Assembly: GCF_006345805.1 (NCBI RefSeq)
Contig: NC_043002.1
Coordinates: 2,976,001 to 3,040,000 of the forward strand
Direction of reading: 5' to 3'
DNA: 64,000 bases
DNA from: Octopus sinensis
Taxonomy: Eukaryota
In this document: piece by piece, positions 38,761 through 52,221 of the stretch
Layout: each line of letters starts with the position of its first letter
Numbering within the stretch: position 1 is the stretch's first letter
Position numbers and translations under genes: made by a program
The notes under the pieces: model-generated
The model's input: only the letters and a program-made list of their open reading frames with translations
The model's database searches: none
What the model was told of the DNA's origin: nothing

Positions 38761-39155
38761 TTGGCATCGCTTGCCAATTATAAACAAATGTCACTATTGT
38801 ACTAGGGGTTGTTTGCAATATTCTGTGAGAACGTGTCCAGCCATTGGGCTCTTCATGCTTCAAAGACTAGAGAAAACATTTCCTTAGGTGGAAACTGGTG
38901 AGGTTTAGCAAAACAAAGGCATCCAGCCATAAAGAAATTGGCCTTAAGGATTTTCATTTGAAGCACAGACAAATAGAGATTAAAATGAAATGTATTTAAA
39001 AGGTGTGTGTGTGTGTGTGTGGTATTACATAAACCAGCATATTTGAAGCCTTCCTTGGGTTAGAACTAATAAACCAGTAATGAAAAATATTTTATACAAA
39101 AATGATATTATATAAAACAATTTATACACATAATATAAAATAGTTTATACTTCGG

Positions 39156-39335
39156 TTTCAAATTTTTGGCACAAGGCCAGCAAGATCGGGGGAGGGTGTT
39201 GATTACATCAGCTCCCCTAGTGCTCAAATTGTACTTAATTAATCGGCTGCAAAAGGGTGAAGAACAAAGTCAACTTGAGCAGAGTTTGAACCCAGAACGT
39301 AAAGACTGACAAAATGCCACAATGCACTTTGCCTG
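39156..39335 (-). mobile_element. Family A SINE, degenerate
   Basis: aaatttttggcacaaggccagc...tttgaacccagaacgtaaag. Confidence 0.7.
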
Positions 39336-39555
39336 GGGGTGGTTCAAAAATTTAGAAAATATATTGTGCTTTGTTTCTTCTAAATAAAATCTTAACTAAA
39401 ACTGAATCTATGTATGGAATGGGGGAAAAAATAAAACTTGTTATTTAACCCCAAGATAGATTAGGTCAACCTTTAATCAGTAGTCCAGTTGTGACCACCT
39501 CATCTTTTTAAGAGAATGTAGCTTTACATATGTCTTTTCCATTTTTAAGACTGTC

Positions 39556-39636
<81 letters not shown>

Positions 39637-41187
39637 AAGTGATATTCAGAGAAGCCTTGGTTGCTATTTCTAGGATGTCAAGCCACCATATAGAGCTTCT
39701 TTGCTTTCTATACAAAATAATTTGCAGATCATCAATCAAGCTAACGAAGTATAACAAGTATATTGAAACATCAATTCAGCATTTCAATAAGGTTTTTAAA
39801 TTAAAACAAAAAACAAAAAAAACTGCCAAACTGTAAAAATCACCAGAGTTTCGAAATGAGCTAAAAACAGATCCCTGCTGTTGGGTGTTCCCCTTTCATA
39901 TTTTGGTAGACATCACCATTGGAGGAAATCTTACATAATAATAATAATAATACTGACAACACACTGTCCATCGTTACTGTTCTTCTTATGTTTTTCAAAG
40001 TAAAGAATTCGGCAAAAACCAAACTCCAAACCTAAATAAGAAGCAATTTTAACTTAAATCAAGGAAAGAGAGAAATTAGGATATCACAAACAAAACAGTT
40101 CCTATGGGGCCATACAGAAATAATAATAATATAATGTTTCTAATATTGGTAAAAGGCCAGAAATTTTTTAAAAAGAAAAGTGGGAGAGGGGTAAGTCAAT
40201 TTCACTGACCCCAGTATATAACTGGTAATAATTTCTTACAGGTGGGATTCCAATTTGTAAGTGGGGAGAGAATGCGTTGAAAGCAGTTTCTCTTAAGACC
40301 CACCACAGAAAGGAGGGAAAAAACGTTTCCACTCCTGCTGTTTCTAGTAATTAAAGTTGAGGCCCATTCTGATTGCACTAGTCCACCACCACACTCACCT
40401 ACCTCACAAGTCCCTTTTTTTTTTTTTATTGATCCTGGCAGGATTTAATCACAAAACAGAATCACCAAAACCAAGGTATCACCCACAGAAACACTTATTA
40501 AATCTTTCGTTAGCATATTTCAATTAAAATATACACTGCTTAAGGGTCTCAATAAATTTTGAAAATAATTAAGAATTCAGAGGGATTTAGTAAAACAAGT
40601 TTCTTTTTATATTTTTTTTTTTTTTATCAAACTGATGCTTGGAACAAAGCGAAAATATTCCTCTATTGAATTATAATGCATGCTTCTTTTTTTTCTTTTT
40701 AAATCAGGAAGACTTTAAAATGAGACACCACCACCCCACCACCACCCCACCCCCACCCACCCCGAGAGAAACAGGAGCAGTCTCAAACTGTATGGTTTTG
40801 AAATGGTTCTAATTACAAAGTGCCACAATTCCATGATTTTACAGGGGAGAAAAAGAATCAAGGGGGCAGAATGTACAAGAGGAATTCCCCTCCCTCTCCC
40901 TCTCAGCCCCTGATTATATTATGCACTCACAGAATATAATGAAGACAACCTACAAGAGAAAGCATTTAGTAGTGCTGCATGTCATCCGAATATTAACCTC
41001 AACACAACTTTCAGCAGTGGTGGGCGTGGGTGTGTGTGTGTGACAGGGAAGAAGCAACAAACCAAATAATGGGTGCTGTCTTGCAACCATCCACAAAGTG
41101 AGTGCATGTGCACACACACACACACAAAGCATATATACATACTATATGCAGATATACAATAAACACACACACGCAATATATATTTTG

Positions 41188-41224
<37 letters not shown>

Positions 41225-41991
41225 ACAATGTATATATATGTAAATCTGCAATATATTTATACAATATTTGAAAGGTATATATAAATATGTGCGCACACAC
41301 ACACACACTTATTTGTCTATATGCGTGCAAATTAGATACATTTGGTTTTCAAAGGGTGAAAAGATCTTAATAATTCCAACAGAGGGTGTATATAATGTTT
41401 AATTAACTGGGAAAGTTACGGGTGTAGAGGTGTTGGTGTCATGGCACTTGTCAAAGTGTCTAAGGTGTTCCTGGCACAAGACTCTAGGGGTTGGGTTTCA
41501 GTACTCCTAGCTAATAAAAAATATAACACACACACCCATATAAATACATACATCAAGACACACACATGCACAGAGATTTGTGTGTGTGCACACATCATGC
41601 ATGTATAAGTGCAATGTGTATATAACGACATACACAATGTGTATGTGTGTATATATGTATATATATATGTAATGCATGTACATATACATACGTGTATGCA
41701 TGCACAATGTGTGTGTGTGTTGTGTCTATAGGAGCATACCCAAGTTAAAATTCTTTTAAAACTCTAAGAATTCACTTTCAACAATAAAATATAATTAAAG
41801 ATAACCAAAGTAATATTTCATATTTGGTTTAGCTAATTACAACAACAAAAAAAAGCTGTAAAGAAATGCAATAGTTATAGGAAGACAGGGTGGCCTTCAG
41901 AAAATAAATTTTAAAAGGATTTGTGGGGGGGTGGGGGTGAAATTGTGAAAAGAAAGAAAAGAAAGAAAGCGATAGAAAATATCTAACTAAC

Positions 41992-42103
41992 AATATTGTA
42001 ATATGTGATGGCTCCAACCATTCCTGTGTTTCATTCTGCGACGTTCTCTGTAGGCATTATGGTAAGCATGTGTGAAAGGAACTCGCGAGTAAGCCAACAT
42101 CAT
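41992..42103 (-). CDS. Candidate first coding exon of ADAR2 (MMLAYSRVPFTHAYHNAYRERRRMKHRNGWSHHILQY)
   Basis: ATG at 42103 is the first Met after an in-frame TAA. Two possible donors (G|gttgga after 42019, T|gttagt after 41992) are both phase 1 and compatible with the acceptor at 36386. A pyrimidine-rich intron-like tract follows. No transcript evidence. Confidence 0.4.
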
Positions 42104-43961
42104 TGGAACTGCTGTGTGTTGTTCTGGTGAATCTTATTCCGACAACTGGTGCTCACTGCTGGAACCAGTAAAATGTTGCGGCAAGCCGACAACAACAACA
42201 ACAACAACAGCAGCAGAAAAGTAGCGGTGGTGGTGGTGGTGGTGGTGGCGGCTGGTTGGATGGATGGGGGGAGGAGGAGGAGTAGCAGGTAACTTTACAA
42301 TTGCAACAGATCAATAGACTGCACTGAAAGCATCTCACACTACCACCACTACACACAAACCCCCCTCCTCCTCTTTATCTATATCCACATCACTCCGTCA
42401 CCGCCACCTCCTCCTCCTCCACCCCCTCCTCCTCCTCGTAAAAAGTGACACTACACCATACATATTTACTCTCTCTGAAAACGATAACAAGCGCGCGCGC
42501 AGATAGCTAACACGCACGCACGTGCACACACACACACACAGACAGACACACAGACACACAGACATCCAACGCACGCACACCCAGACACACGTCCAAAACA
42601 CACGCTAAAAGTGAATATTCTGTGGTTATTCAAAGTAGTTTTCTGTCCAGTGTCCACAATGGAATTCCAATGCAAAATATTCCAACGGCGAGAGAATTTA
42701 CCATCTTCATGGAATCCCAAAGAATTACCAGTTTTATGGAACGACCACCACCACCAAACCACAGGAAAGTTGGAGAGGACAAAATTAAAACAGAAAGACT
42801 AGATTTGCAAATAATTTTAAGAAATCCAGTTCTGCGGGGGGGGGGTTTAAAGTCTGACCACAAGACCAAGGGCCATGCTTTATCGACCTAGTCAAGATTC
42901 GAACTCAGGTTGTAAAAAGGACTAACTACGGCGACGTTGCTCTGCCGACTGGAGTTTTTAGGTTTGGCGGAACGAGTGATTTTATTAAAATTCTACGATT
43001 TGATTCTTCAGGAAAGCCAAAATAGAAAGATCGTCTGTTGGAAAACTACACAGAAAACTCATTTGGAACTGAGAAAGGTTAACAAAAGTATTAAATCTTT
43101 TTTTTTCTTTTAAGTAAAATATATTTAGAAAAATTATTCGGCGATTAATACACAAACCCGACCATCGTGTTGGAACTAAAAGAGCGCGCACACACACACA
43201 CACATCTGACTTGCGTGCGCGCACAAACGCAACGGACACACACACACATAAACGTAACGCGCGTGCATGCACACATACGATGTTTAACACACACACACGC
43301 ACACGTATTTAGCGCACGCACACACAGACACAATAACACAAATCGTGCGAGTATTCACGAGGCATGAAGAAGGCTTTCTGCTTGCTAAAAATAGCAGCCT
43401 AATCTCCTGTAAATCAAATCGTAACGTCTCAAAAGACAATAAAAATAAGAGTACTCATGAACGGGGTGGGGGTATGGCAGTAGTTATGATATGAATGAGT
43501 GTGTGAGGAGATTTGTGACACCAACAGCACTAAACAGAGCGGCACACGCGAGTACACACCCACCAATGCACACACACACACAACTAAATAAAGCCCAACT
43601 ACAGAGAAACAAGTGAACTTCTCTGAATCCACGGCCTGTCCTAATTATTTAAGAACAGGGAAGGGCAGGCAGACACGTTCACGAACAGAATCTTAGTTTG
43701 GCCAGCGTTTATCAAGACGGGCACTTGCTAGGCGAGAACGCGCAAGCGTAGGCACACACATATATACGTGCATACATTATACACACAAGCTGATTATATA
43801 TACACTTACTATATTTATACACTGGGTGTGGTGTGTGCGTGTATATTGAATTTTCCATGTTAACGGTAAACATAGGATAATTCATTCACCTATCGATATA
43901 TATATATAGGGAAAGTTTACGAAAAAAACAAAAGACGAAGACAGGTAGTGTACAAGACAAC

Positions 43962-44018
<57 letters not shown>

Positions 44019-44033
44019 GTGTGTGTGTGTGTG

Positions 44034-44066
<33 letters not shown>

Positions 44067-45016
44067 GCTTAAATGTAAGTCGATGCCCCTATTCTTTTTC
44101 TCATAACTTTCTGAAAACTGCATTATTTTCCCGAATGAAATTTTGTAAGGACACATTTTCGGGGATGTTGACTGCGAACCCGTTGTGGGTTTCAAACATA
44201 ATCTACACCGTCGAAAATCTATTTCTGCAAAATACACATTTTGAAAAGAAAATCCAGTGTCGGAGTGGAGAGATGATCCGAACATTCCCCCGCCCCGCCG
44301 GGAGGGAAGTACTTTTTCAACATAATCGCAATGCCGACCCTCGAAAACGGACCTAAGAATTTTCATCAACAGCTCTAGCGCAAAGTTATGAGGAAACAAA
44401 GTCGAGGCGGGGCGAGGGCTAAAACGAGTTGTCTGCGACTTGTCTTCATACTGAACCCAGGATTTTATATTGGCCTTCTGTCGAACCGCTAAGTCGTGGA
44501 TGGAGCACAAATGGATGCAACATAACACCAATGTTTAGACTTAAACCGGTGCGTAGACCTAAAAAGTCGCAGCAGAAAGTTTCAGAGACGAAAACATGCG
44601 TCTCCACCCTCACATTTCAATCATCTCCCAATATTGAAAGCTACTTTTACCGAACCGTATATTAATATTATATTTGTATACCTTCACACAGAACCTATAC
44701 CGTAAATGTTTTCTATAGAATACAGATAATACTATAGACACACATACATACAGATACAATATACACAGAAACACACGCATACACCAGTCTACATTGTGCG
44801 AGTGTGTGTGTTCCACACATACAACTCTGCATTTTTCGATGTATAAATCATCAGTGACAAAGGGATCGATATTGGAAAACTTCGGTAAACACACGAAAGA
44901 AAGTATACTCAATACCTGCTAAGAGTATATCATTATCTATTTGAACGATTCGCTCCAACACTTCTATACAGGCAACAACCACACATCGACAATTCTATAG
45001 TAGGGAACTACATGAC

Positions 45017-45047
<31 letters not shown>

Positions 45048-45203
45048 TACACACACACTTTATTAAAAATCAGCAAAAATATCACAAAAACTGGTTAACG
45101 GTTCCTGTGATATCTTTGTTGCTTTTTAATAAAGCATATTACTCTACCTCGGGTATTCGAGTACCATTTTTCCAACTAGTTTTGCATTTATGTGCTTACT
45201 CTG

Positions 45204-45264
<61 letters not shown>

Positions 45265-45880
45265 ATCTCTTTCTCTCTACAAAACATGCAGTGTGTGTGT
45301 GTGTGTGTACTGTTGATAATACGCCCCTTGATACAATAAATTCCCACACACCATTTCCTGTCGGCAATCTTGCAACACACACACGGAGTGCAGCAGCAAA
45401 AAGTAAATAAAACTTTTAAAAACTGCCACATTTTACAGTTTGATAAACGTTAGAAAAGCAAAACGCGTGGTTTGCACCCGTCCAAACTATGATGAGAATT
45501 AAGCAGGAAAAAAAGATAAAACGATACACCACCAGCTGTAGGAAGACAGCTTCCCCACCTTCACACGCCAAAGGCCATTAGAAATTTAAGGTTTTTGTCC
45601 CCCTGCCGCACCCTGTATGCGACAGGTTAACTATCGGTTTAGCAAAAGGCGGGCACCTCGTCTAAGAACAATTACAGGATGTAAAGGGAAATTTGGAAAT
45701 GGTGTCAGACAAATTCTGTGGCATGAAGGTGGTGCCATAAGATGCACCCAACAAATGGAATCGGTATATTTTGTTTGTTTGTTTCTGGTGGGAGGAATAA
45801 TGACGTGGACGAAGACGAAATGTTGGGAGCTCGACACGACCGCAGAAATTACTCGAGGAAGATGGCCAGGCTACGATATA

Positions 45881-45922
<42 letters not shown>

Positions 45923-46503
45923 GGAGTAAACACATAAATGTGAAACAAGGTGGGAAAAAGAGTACTCAAATACCAGTGGTAGAGTAATATGCTTTATTTA
46001 AAGCAGTTTTTGCTAGCAAAAACTGTCCGATGAACGGCAACGGGAAACTCAGAGTAACAGGTTTTGTTGAATTTTCTGCTGCTTTAAATAAAGTATATAT
46101 ACACATATATATACATACATATACATATATATAAGTTACACAATGAACTCTCCCGTCAAAGACGAAATATTAGCGTTCAACTTTTGCCGAACGACCTTTG
46201 CAAATGAATTGTTTATAGGGATCAAACGTTCGTGCCGCACATTAGAGCTCACTCTCTCTCCGCGCGCGCGCGTGTGTGTGTGTGTAGAGAGAGAGAGAGA
46301 GTGATAGACAGACAGAGAGAGTGGGGGATGGCGCAGGCGTGGCTGTGAGGTAACAAGTTTCTTCTGCTGTAACTTTCGGGCCGTCCAAAGCCTTGTGAGT
46401 AAACGATAGACGAAAACTGAAAGAAGGCCGTCGTGTATATATGTGTGTGTGTGTATGTGTGTGTATATACATACACACACACATACACGACGGCCTTCTT
46501 TCA

Positions 46504-46579
<76 letters not shown>

Positions 46580-47048
46580 GTAAAGAGAGTAAGCCGGTGC
46601 CTGCTTAAAAGTACAACTGCAAAGCGTTGGTATTGAGTACTACTTCTGCGGACCGTTATCCAACAATAAAACATCGTAGAAGAATCAGTTTAAACAGTTT
46701 AAAGTTATTATTACTTGTGTATTTTGTAATAGTTCTTCGGTCTATTATGAAGTGCCAAAGTGTTTCGTTACACTTTTTAAATTTCTAATCATTCTCTCAC
46801 ATTTCCACCGAATTCCATTATATATTTTATTCCCCGTTTTTTGGGTGCCACATACAACACATAAGCCGGGTCCTAGATGCGAAGTTGCACTAAAAACCTT
46901 TCTGCCCCCGAATACGAGCTGATGAAACTGGGGTGCGTCTGATACGCCCCTGCCACTTTTATACGTTATTCATTCATAAGGAGCCGTGCATATGGCTTCG
47001 ACAGGTTCTTGGTGGGTGTGTAAGGTTGCACCAGTCACGGTGAAGAAT

Positions 47049-47340
47049 GCGTGGGCGTGGCTGTGGGGTAAGAAGTTGGCTTCCCGACCACATTGTTTCA
47101 GGTTCAGTCCCACTGCAAGGCACCTTGGCCAAGTGTCTTCTACTATAGCCTCCCGTAAACCAAGGCATTGGGAGTAGATTTGACGGGCGGGAAAAGAAGC
47201 CCATCGTGGTGTGTGTGTGTGTATCAGTTGACATCCGGCATTGGTGTGTTTACATCCTCGGAACGTGGTGGTTCAGCAAAAGATCGACAGAATACGCACC
47301 AGGTTTTAAAAAGTACTGGGGCTGATTCGACTAAAAATTG
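47049..47340 (+). mobile_element. Family B SINE
   Basis: gggcgtggctgtggggtaagaag...gattcgactaaaaat. Confidence 0.8.
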
Positions 47341-47873
47341 AAGAAAGATTTTTTTAATGTGTGTGTGTGTGTGTGTGTGTGTAACTTGAAGAACGAGTGC
47401 GTACGTGCGTGTGTGTGTGTGTGTAACTTGAAGAACGAGTGCGTGCGTGCATGTGTGTGTGTGTGTGTGTGTAACTCGAAGAACGAGTGCGTGCGTGCGT
47501 GTGTGTGTGTGTATCTTGAAGGAGGTGTGCGTGCGTCGTTCGCAGGCCGTGGGGGTGTGGAGTATCTAGATTACAGAGATTAAGCCGAACCCGTCACGGT
47601 TAAGATAACCACAGCACAAACAACCAAAGAAATTTAGTTTCATCATCTAAAACAACCAGATTACTGTCCACTGAAGAGACGCCCTGCCGAGGTGGACAGC
47701 ATAAAAACCAACACACACACACACACACACACAGAGTGGCTTTATTCCTAAGAGGAGTGAAAATAAGGTTACCAGTCATTAATTGGGGATGTTTTTTTTA
47801 TATGTAGAAGTTAGAAAATGCCTTTTGGTAACAGATGACCATAATGAATTGATTTTTATGTAGTGGACACTAC

Positions 47874-47906
<33 letters not shown>

Positions 47907-50320
47907 TTTTACAGAAGTGACAGTGACTTCGAAGTCCCGGTAACCTTCATCGGTGACCAAAACTCCGAAGTCACTGTCAGCCCTCTTTTAAGAGTAAAAT
48001 AAATACCTACTCTACAAAAATTTTTAAAAAAACATTTAATGTATAATTTTTATTATAACTTGGCATAAAAACAATGCCATCGCCATATTATACCAGTAAT
48101 ATACCAGTCCCTCTCCCGTACCAATACATTATATTATATTTCCAACTTCATTTCTTCCTTAATGTTAAAAGCCTCTGCTGCTATTTCACTTCTTCCCTCT
48201 CCTCCCCTTCCCACCACCACTGTCCAAACAGTGAAACGACTCGGTTGCACCTTGACCCCCCCACCACCACCACCACCGCCCTTTGTCGCTTTCATCATCA
48301 TCATCATCATCGTCATCAAAGGAAAACGTTGCTACTGGAAAGATCTACACTCACTTTCTCCTCCCCCCTCACGCAGCTCTCGTTATTTTCCTTAAACTGA
48401 TAAAAGGAAACCGACAGAAAGATCTGGGGTTCGAATCCCAGTCGTGATAGTGCCATGTCCTTCATAAGACAACACTGAAATGAACCCCGAACCCCACCTT
48501 CACCCCGCCAACCAAAAGAAAGTCAGTCCGTTCCGTAAAATTAGTCGATAGTTTCGTTAATATTCAGCCCCAGGGTCGAGTTTCGGGGAGAGGAAATATC
48601 TGTCACTTCAAACTAGGACCAATTGAAGGGCTTCGACCAAATCACAGCAACCAAACTTGTGCAACAGACTATCCCAGCTTAAACTCTTTTCACACACACA
48701 CACACATATTTCCCGGGGGTCTGGATACTTCAACCACCCCATGATCACGTAAACTGAATCAATGCCATCACATCCTCCACAAGGCGGTCAAATCACAACT
48801 AAAATCGCTTCGGACTGAAATAACACCTTGTTTGCCTCGATACGAAGCTCGCAATTTGGAAGGAGGTTGTGTGAGGGGGGGGGTCTTCCTCCAAAGTAGA
48901 AATATGTAATTAGTCAGGAATCGAAACCTAGCTGTACACTAATTCGCTGGCAGTTTGGCATTTTTGTCACACGGTAAAACTCTTTGAGTCTAATCCCTCG
49001 TTACTAGTTTTGGCTCAACGCGAAAATCTGCTCCTTATATTATCGATCACTCAAAATCATTCAAAAAGAAAAGATGCAAATAATAAATAAAAAAAAACAT
49101 ACTGATAGGTTCATATCCTCCACACACCTCCTTCGACAATGTGGTTTGGGTTAAAAAAAAAGCAGGATTTTGGTGGTTTGATTTTCTGTGTAAACAATTC
49201 CACAACCAGCTTTGGTTGTGGCAATCGGATCACCGCACTGAACCCGCTAATTATATTTAATCACTTCAAGGGTGCAGTTTTTTGGCCGTATCTTTAAGCA
49301 AAAAATTTCTGACGAGAAATAACGATAAAGGATGGAAAATCACACAATTTCATATTGTTATGCCATTATTAGTTTTGCTTCAAAGCTACAATACTCAGAA
49401 ATACGTGAAAAAGGAAAATACGAGGGTAGGTCGGGTAGCGAAAGAAATTTCACTTCTGAAATTCGCCAGACGCGGTTGTTGAGGCAAAGTGATCAAAGGA
49501 TGAGGTAAATATCGATTGGAAAATAATTATATAACGGAACATGAAACCATCTTGAGGGTTTTTTTCTTTCTTTTCTTTTTTATCTAATATCTTTTACTTT
49601 CCTCCAACGCCTTAAAAAAAATGGAAAACCTTTCTATCGTGATATTCTGAATAATTTCACTCTAAATCAAAGAAGAATGTCTTTTAACAACAAACTGCTA
49701 CCTTTAATCAGCAGAGTAGCTGGGGGGGGGACACTTTTTAATAAAATTAATATAAATGTAAAGAACGGCAGAGAAATTGGTGAAGAGACACAGGAATCTC
49801 TGCTGACATTTTTTTAATTTCTTCCCCCCCCTCCCCACCGTTTAATTTAGTAATTTCATTTCTAGAAATCTAATATCAAACAAACACACACGTATCATTC
49901 GTACTACTAGGTATCATCAACACAGGCGGCGCAACGATGCGCTTTTTATGAGAGAGAGAGAGAAAGGTCTTTACCTTAGAAGCACACACGTCAGAGTGCG
50001 CGCGCGTGCAGAAGCGAGAGAGGGGAGGAAGGGGGGGTTAAAGTGTATGTATGTAGATATGCACATGCGCGCCCAACACGCTCACTGTTATACGCACGTC
50101 AGTGCGCGTTTATGTAGGGGGGGAGGATGTCTTCACCTCCAACAATGCAAGTGCGTGCGTGCGTGTGCGTGTGTGCGTGTGCGTGTGTGCGTGTGCGCGC
50201 TCTCACCAGTGCGTGGGCGCGCGTACGCCCTTCTCGTCCATGTGAGCGCACGCACTCTTCGATGTGTGTGTGTGTTTGTAAATGCTATCATTTGTTAATG
50301 TGTGGTATCGTTCATCCATA

Positions 50321-50417
<97 letters not shown>

Positions 50418-51108
50418 ACATTCTTTCGTGCAGTGTTTTGTGCATCTATTCGCGAATATGTCCATCTGCATTCGCCTCTCGTTAACGAGTGGAGAGAGGG
50501 TTCCCTAACGAAAATATGGACGTGTGTACCTTCTTGTTTAGTTCCTGTCAGGATGGGGGAATGGATGAGCAGACAGACAGACAAATATGTGCAGATCCTC
50601 TCCAACGCCGCCTTCGACTGCAAGGTTTGCCGTGCATCGAAGCGCAAGTCATTCCCCGAGCTATTTTCTCCATCAAAATGATTAATGTTTATGCATTGCG
50701 AGTAACGAGAATAGAGAATCGCATCGATCTAGCCACACATATACATTGAAGGACGGGAGAAACGACCAGCAAACTTGGCTCCCATTCCGTCGTACTGCAA
50801 CAAACCAATGTGCGGTGGTTTCTCTGTGACAGAAGAGGGGGGGAGGGCATCGTGGTTGGTTGGTAAAGTGGAGAGAAAACGGATGAAATGTTGGAGAAGA
50901 CAGACAGACATGACAGGCAGTCTTTTGCCCAACTTCGCGATGGTAATGTGTTCGTTCGGGAGAGAGAGAAATGGGTGGAGGGTAACTTGTCTAAAACCAC
51001 AAGACAGACAGACAGATGAGTAAGATGGAGAGAGTGGTAGACAGGGAGAGAGAGAGAGAGAGAGAGAGAGGAAAAGACTAACATAAAGAATATCAGTTTC
51101 CCACTCAC

Positions 51109-51332
51109 CTATTACTAATTTCGCTGCTGCTATTTCCCAGTAGCAGTAGCAACAGCAGCAGTAGTAGTAGTAGTAAATTAAAGAAACAAACGTTACGGTG
51201 ATGAGTGAGAGAATATAGTGAAACGAGTGGAAGCATGGCGCAGCCAAATGACACACACACACAACACACACACACACACACACGGGAGGAGGGGTAGGGC
51301 GAGCGAAAAAGATAGCTACATGCATATTTATA
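51109..51332 (-). promoter_or_regulatory. Candidate TATA box (TATAAATA, 51325-51332) and non-coding first exon ending at a consensus donor AG|GTGAGT (51109/51108)
   Basis: Motifs are seen directly inside the CpG-rich zone. Their assignment to ADAR2 is inference. Confidence 0.3.
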
Positions 51333-51358
51333 CACACGCAAATATTCATATATATGCA

Positions 51359-51395
<37 letters not shown>

Positions 51396-51694
51396 CAGAA
51401 TCCAACCTATGCCAACAGGATAAAATAACATTAAATGTACGTGTTATGTACACACACACACACCCAATGTACAGCTGGATAACGGGTTCGATTCTGGACA
51501 GAGCATTGTTACCATGAACAGGCAGGGTACTTTATTATTCCCGTCTTCTCAGCTGATAGTGGGTACCAACCTTTCCTCATCTCTCTCTCCACATACACGC
51601 GGCCCCTGACTACAATCGTGTCCCTTCCCGACCACACAACCACCTAAAGCTACCCGTAAAGGCATCCTACGTTACCGATTCACATTTGCGATTC

Positions 51695-52020
51695 TTTCCC
51701 AACCACATGGTTCCAGGTTCAGTCCCACTGCGTAGCACCTAGGGTAAGTGTTTTCAACAATAGCCTCGAACCGACTAAAGCATTGAGTGCATTTCGTAGG
51801 TGGAAACTGAAAGAAGCCCGTCGTGTGTGTGTGCCTTTGTCCACCACCACCGCTTGAGAACCTGTGTTGGTTTGTTTATGTCCCCGTAGCTTAGAGACCG
51901 ACTGATAGAATAAGTAACAAGCTTTAAAAAAAAAGAACTAAGTCCTGGATTCGATTTGTTCAACTAAAATCCCTTTAAGGCGGTGCTCCAGCATGGCCAC
52001 AGTGCAATAACTGAAACAAG
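51695..52020 (+). mobile_element. Family B SINE
   Basis: ttcccaaccacatggttccaggttcagtcccactgcg...ggcggtgctccagcatggccacag. Confidence 0.8.
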
Positions 52021-52111
52021 ATAAACACACAAATATACATGTATGAGTGTGTATAGATGTGTGTGTACAATTATGTATATACACACGTGTAGGTGTATCT
52101 ACATTATATAT

Positions 52112-52156
<45 letters not shown>

Positions 52157-52172
52157 TCACACACACATATAT

Positions 52173-52221
<49 letters not shown>

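Noticed and set aside
43385-43394. Canonical MEF2 site CTAAAAATAG
   Set aside because: Part of a dispersed repeat (gctagaaatagcagcc variants near 9620, 13640 and 29075).
44287-44413. GC boxes as a core promoter
   Set aside because: They lie in or beside a segment with inverted cataacttt/aaagttatg motifs that looks transposon-derived; not distinguishable without TSS data.
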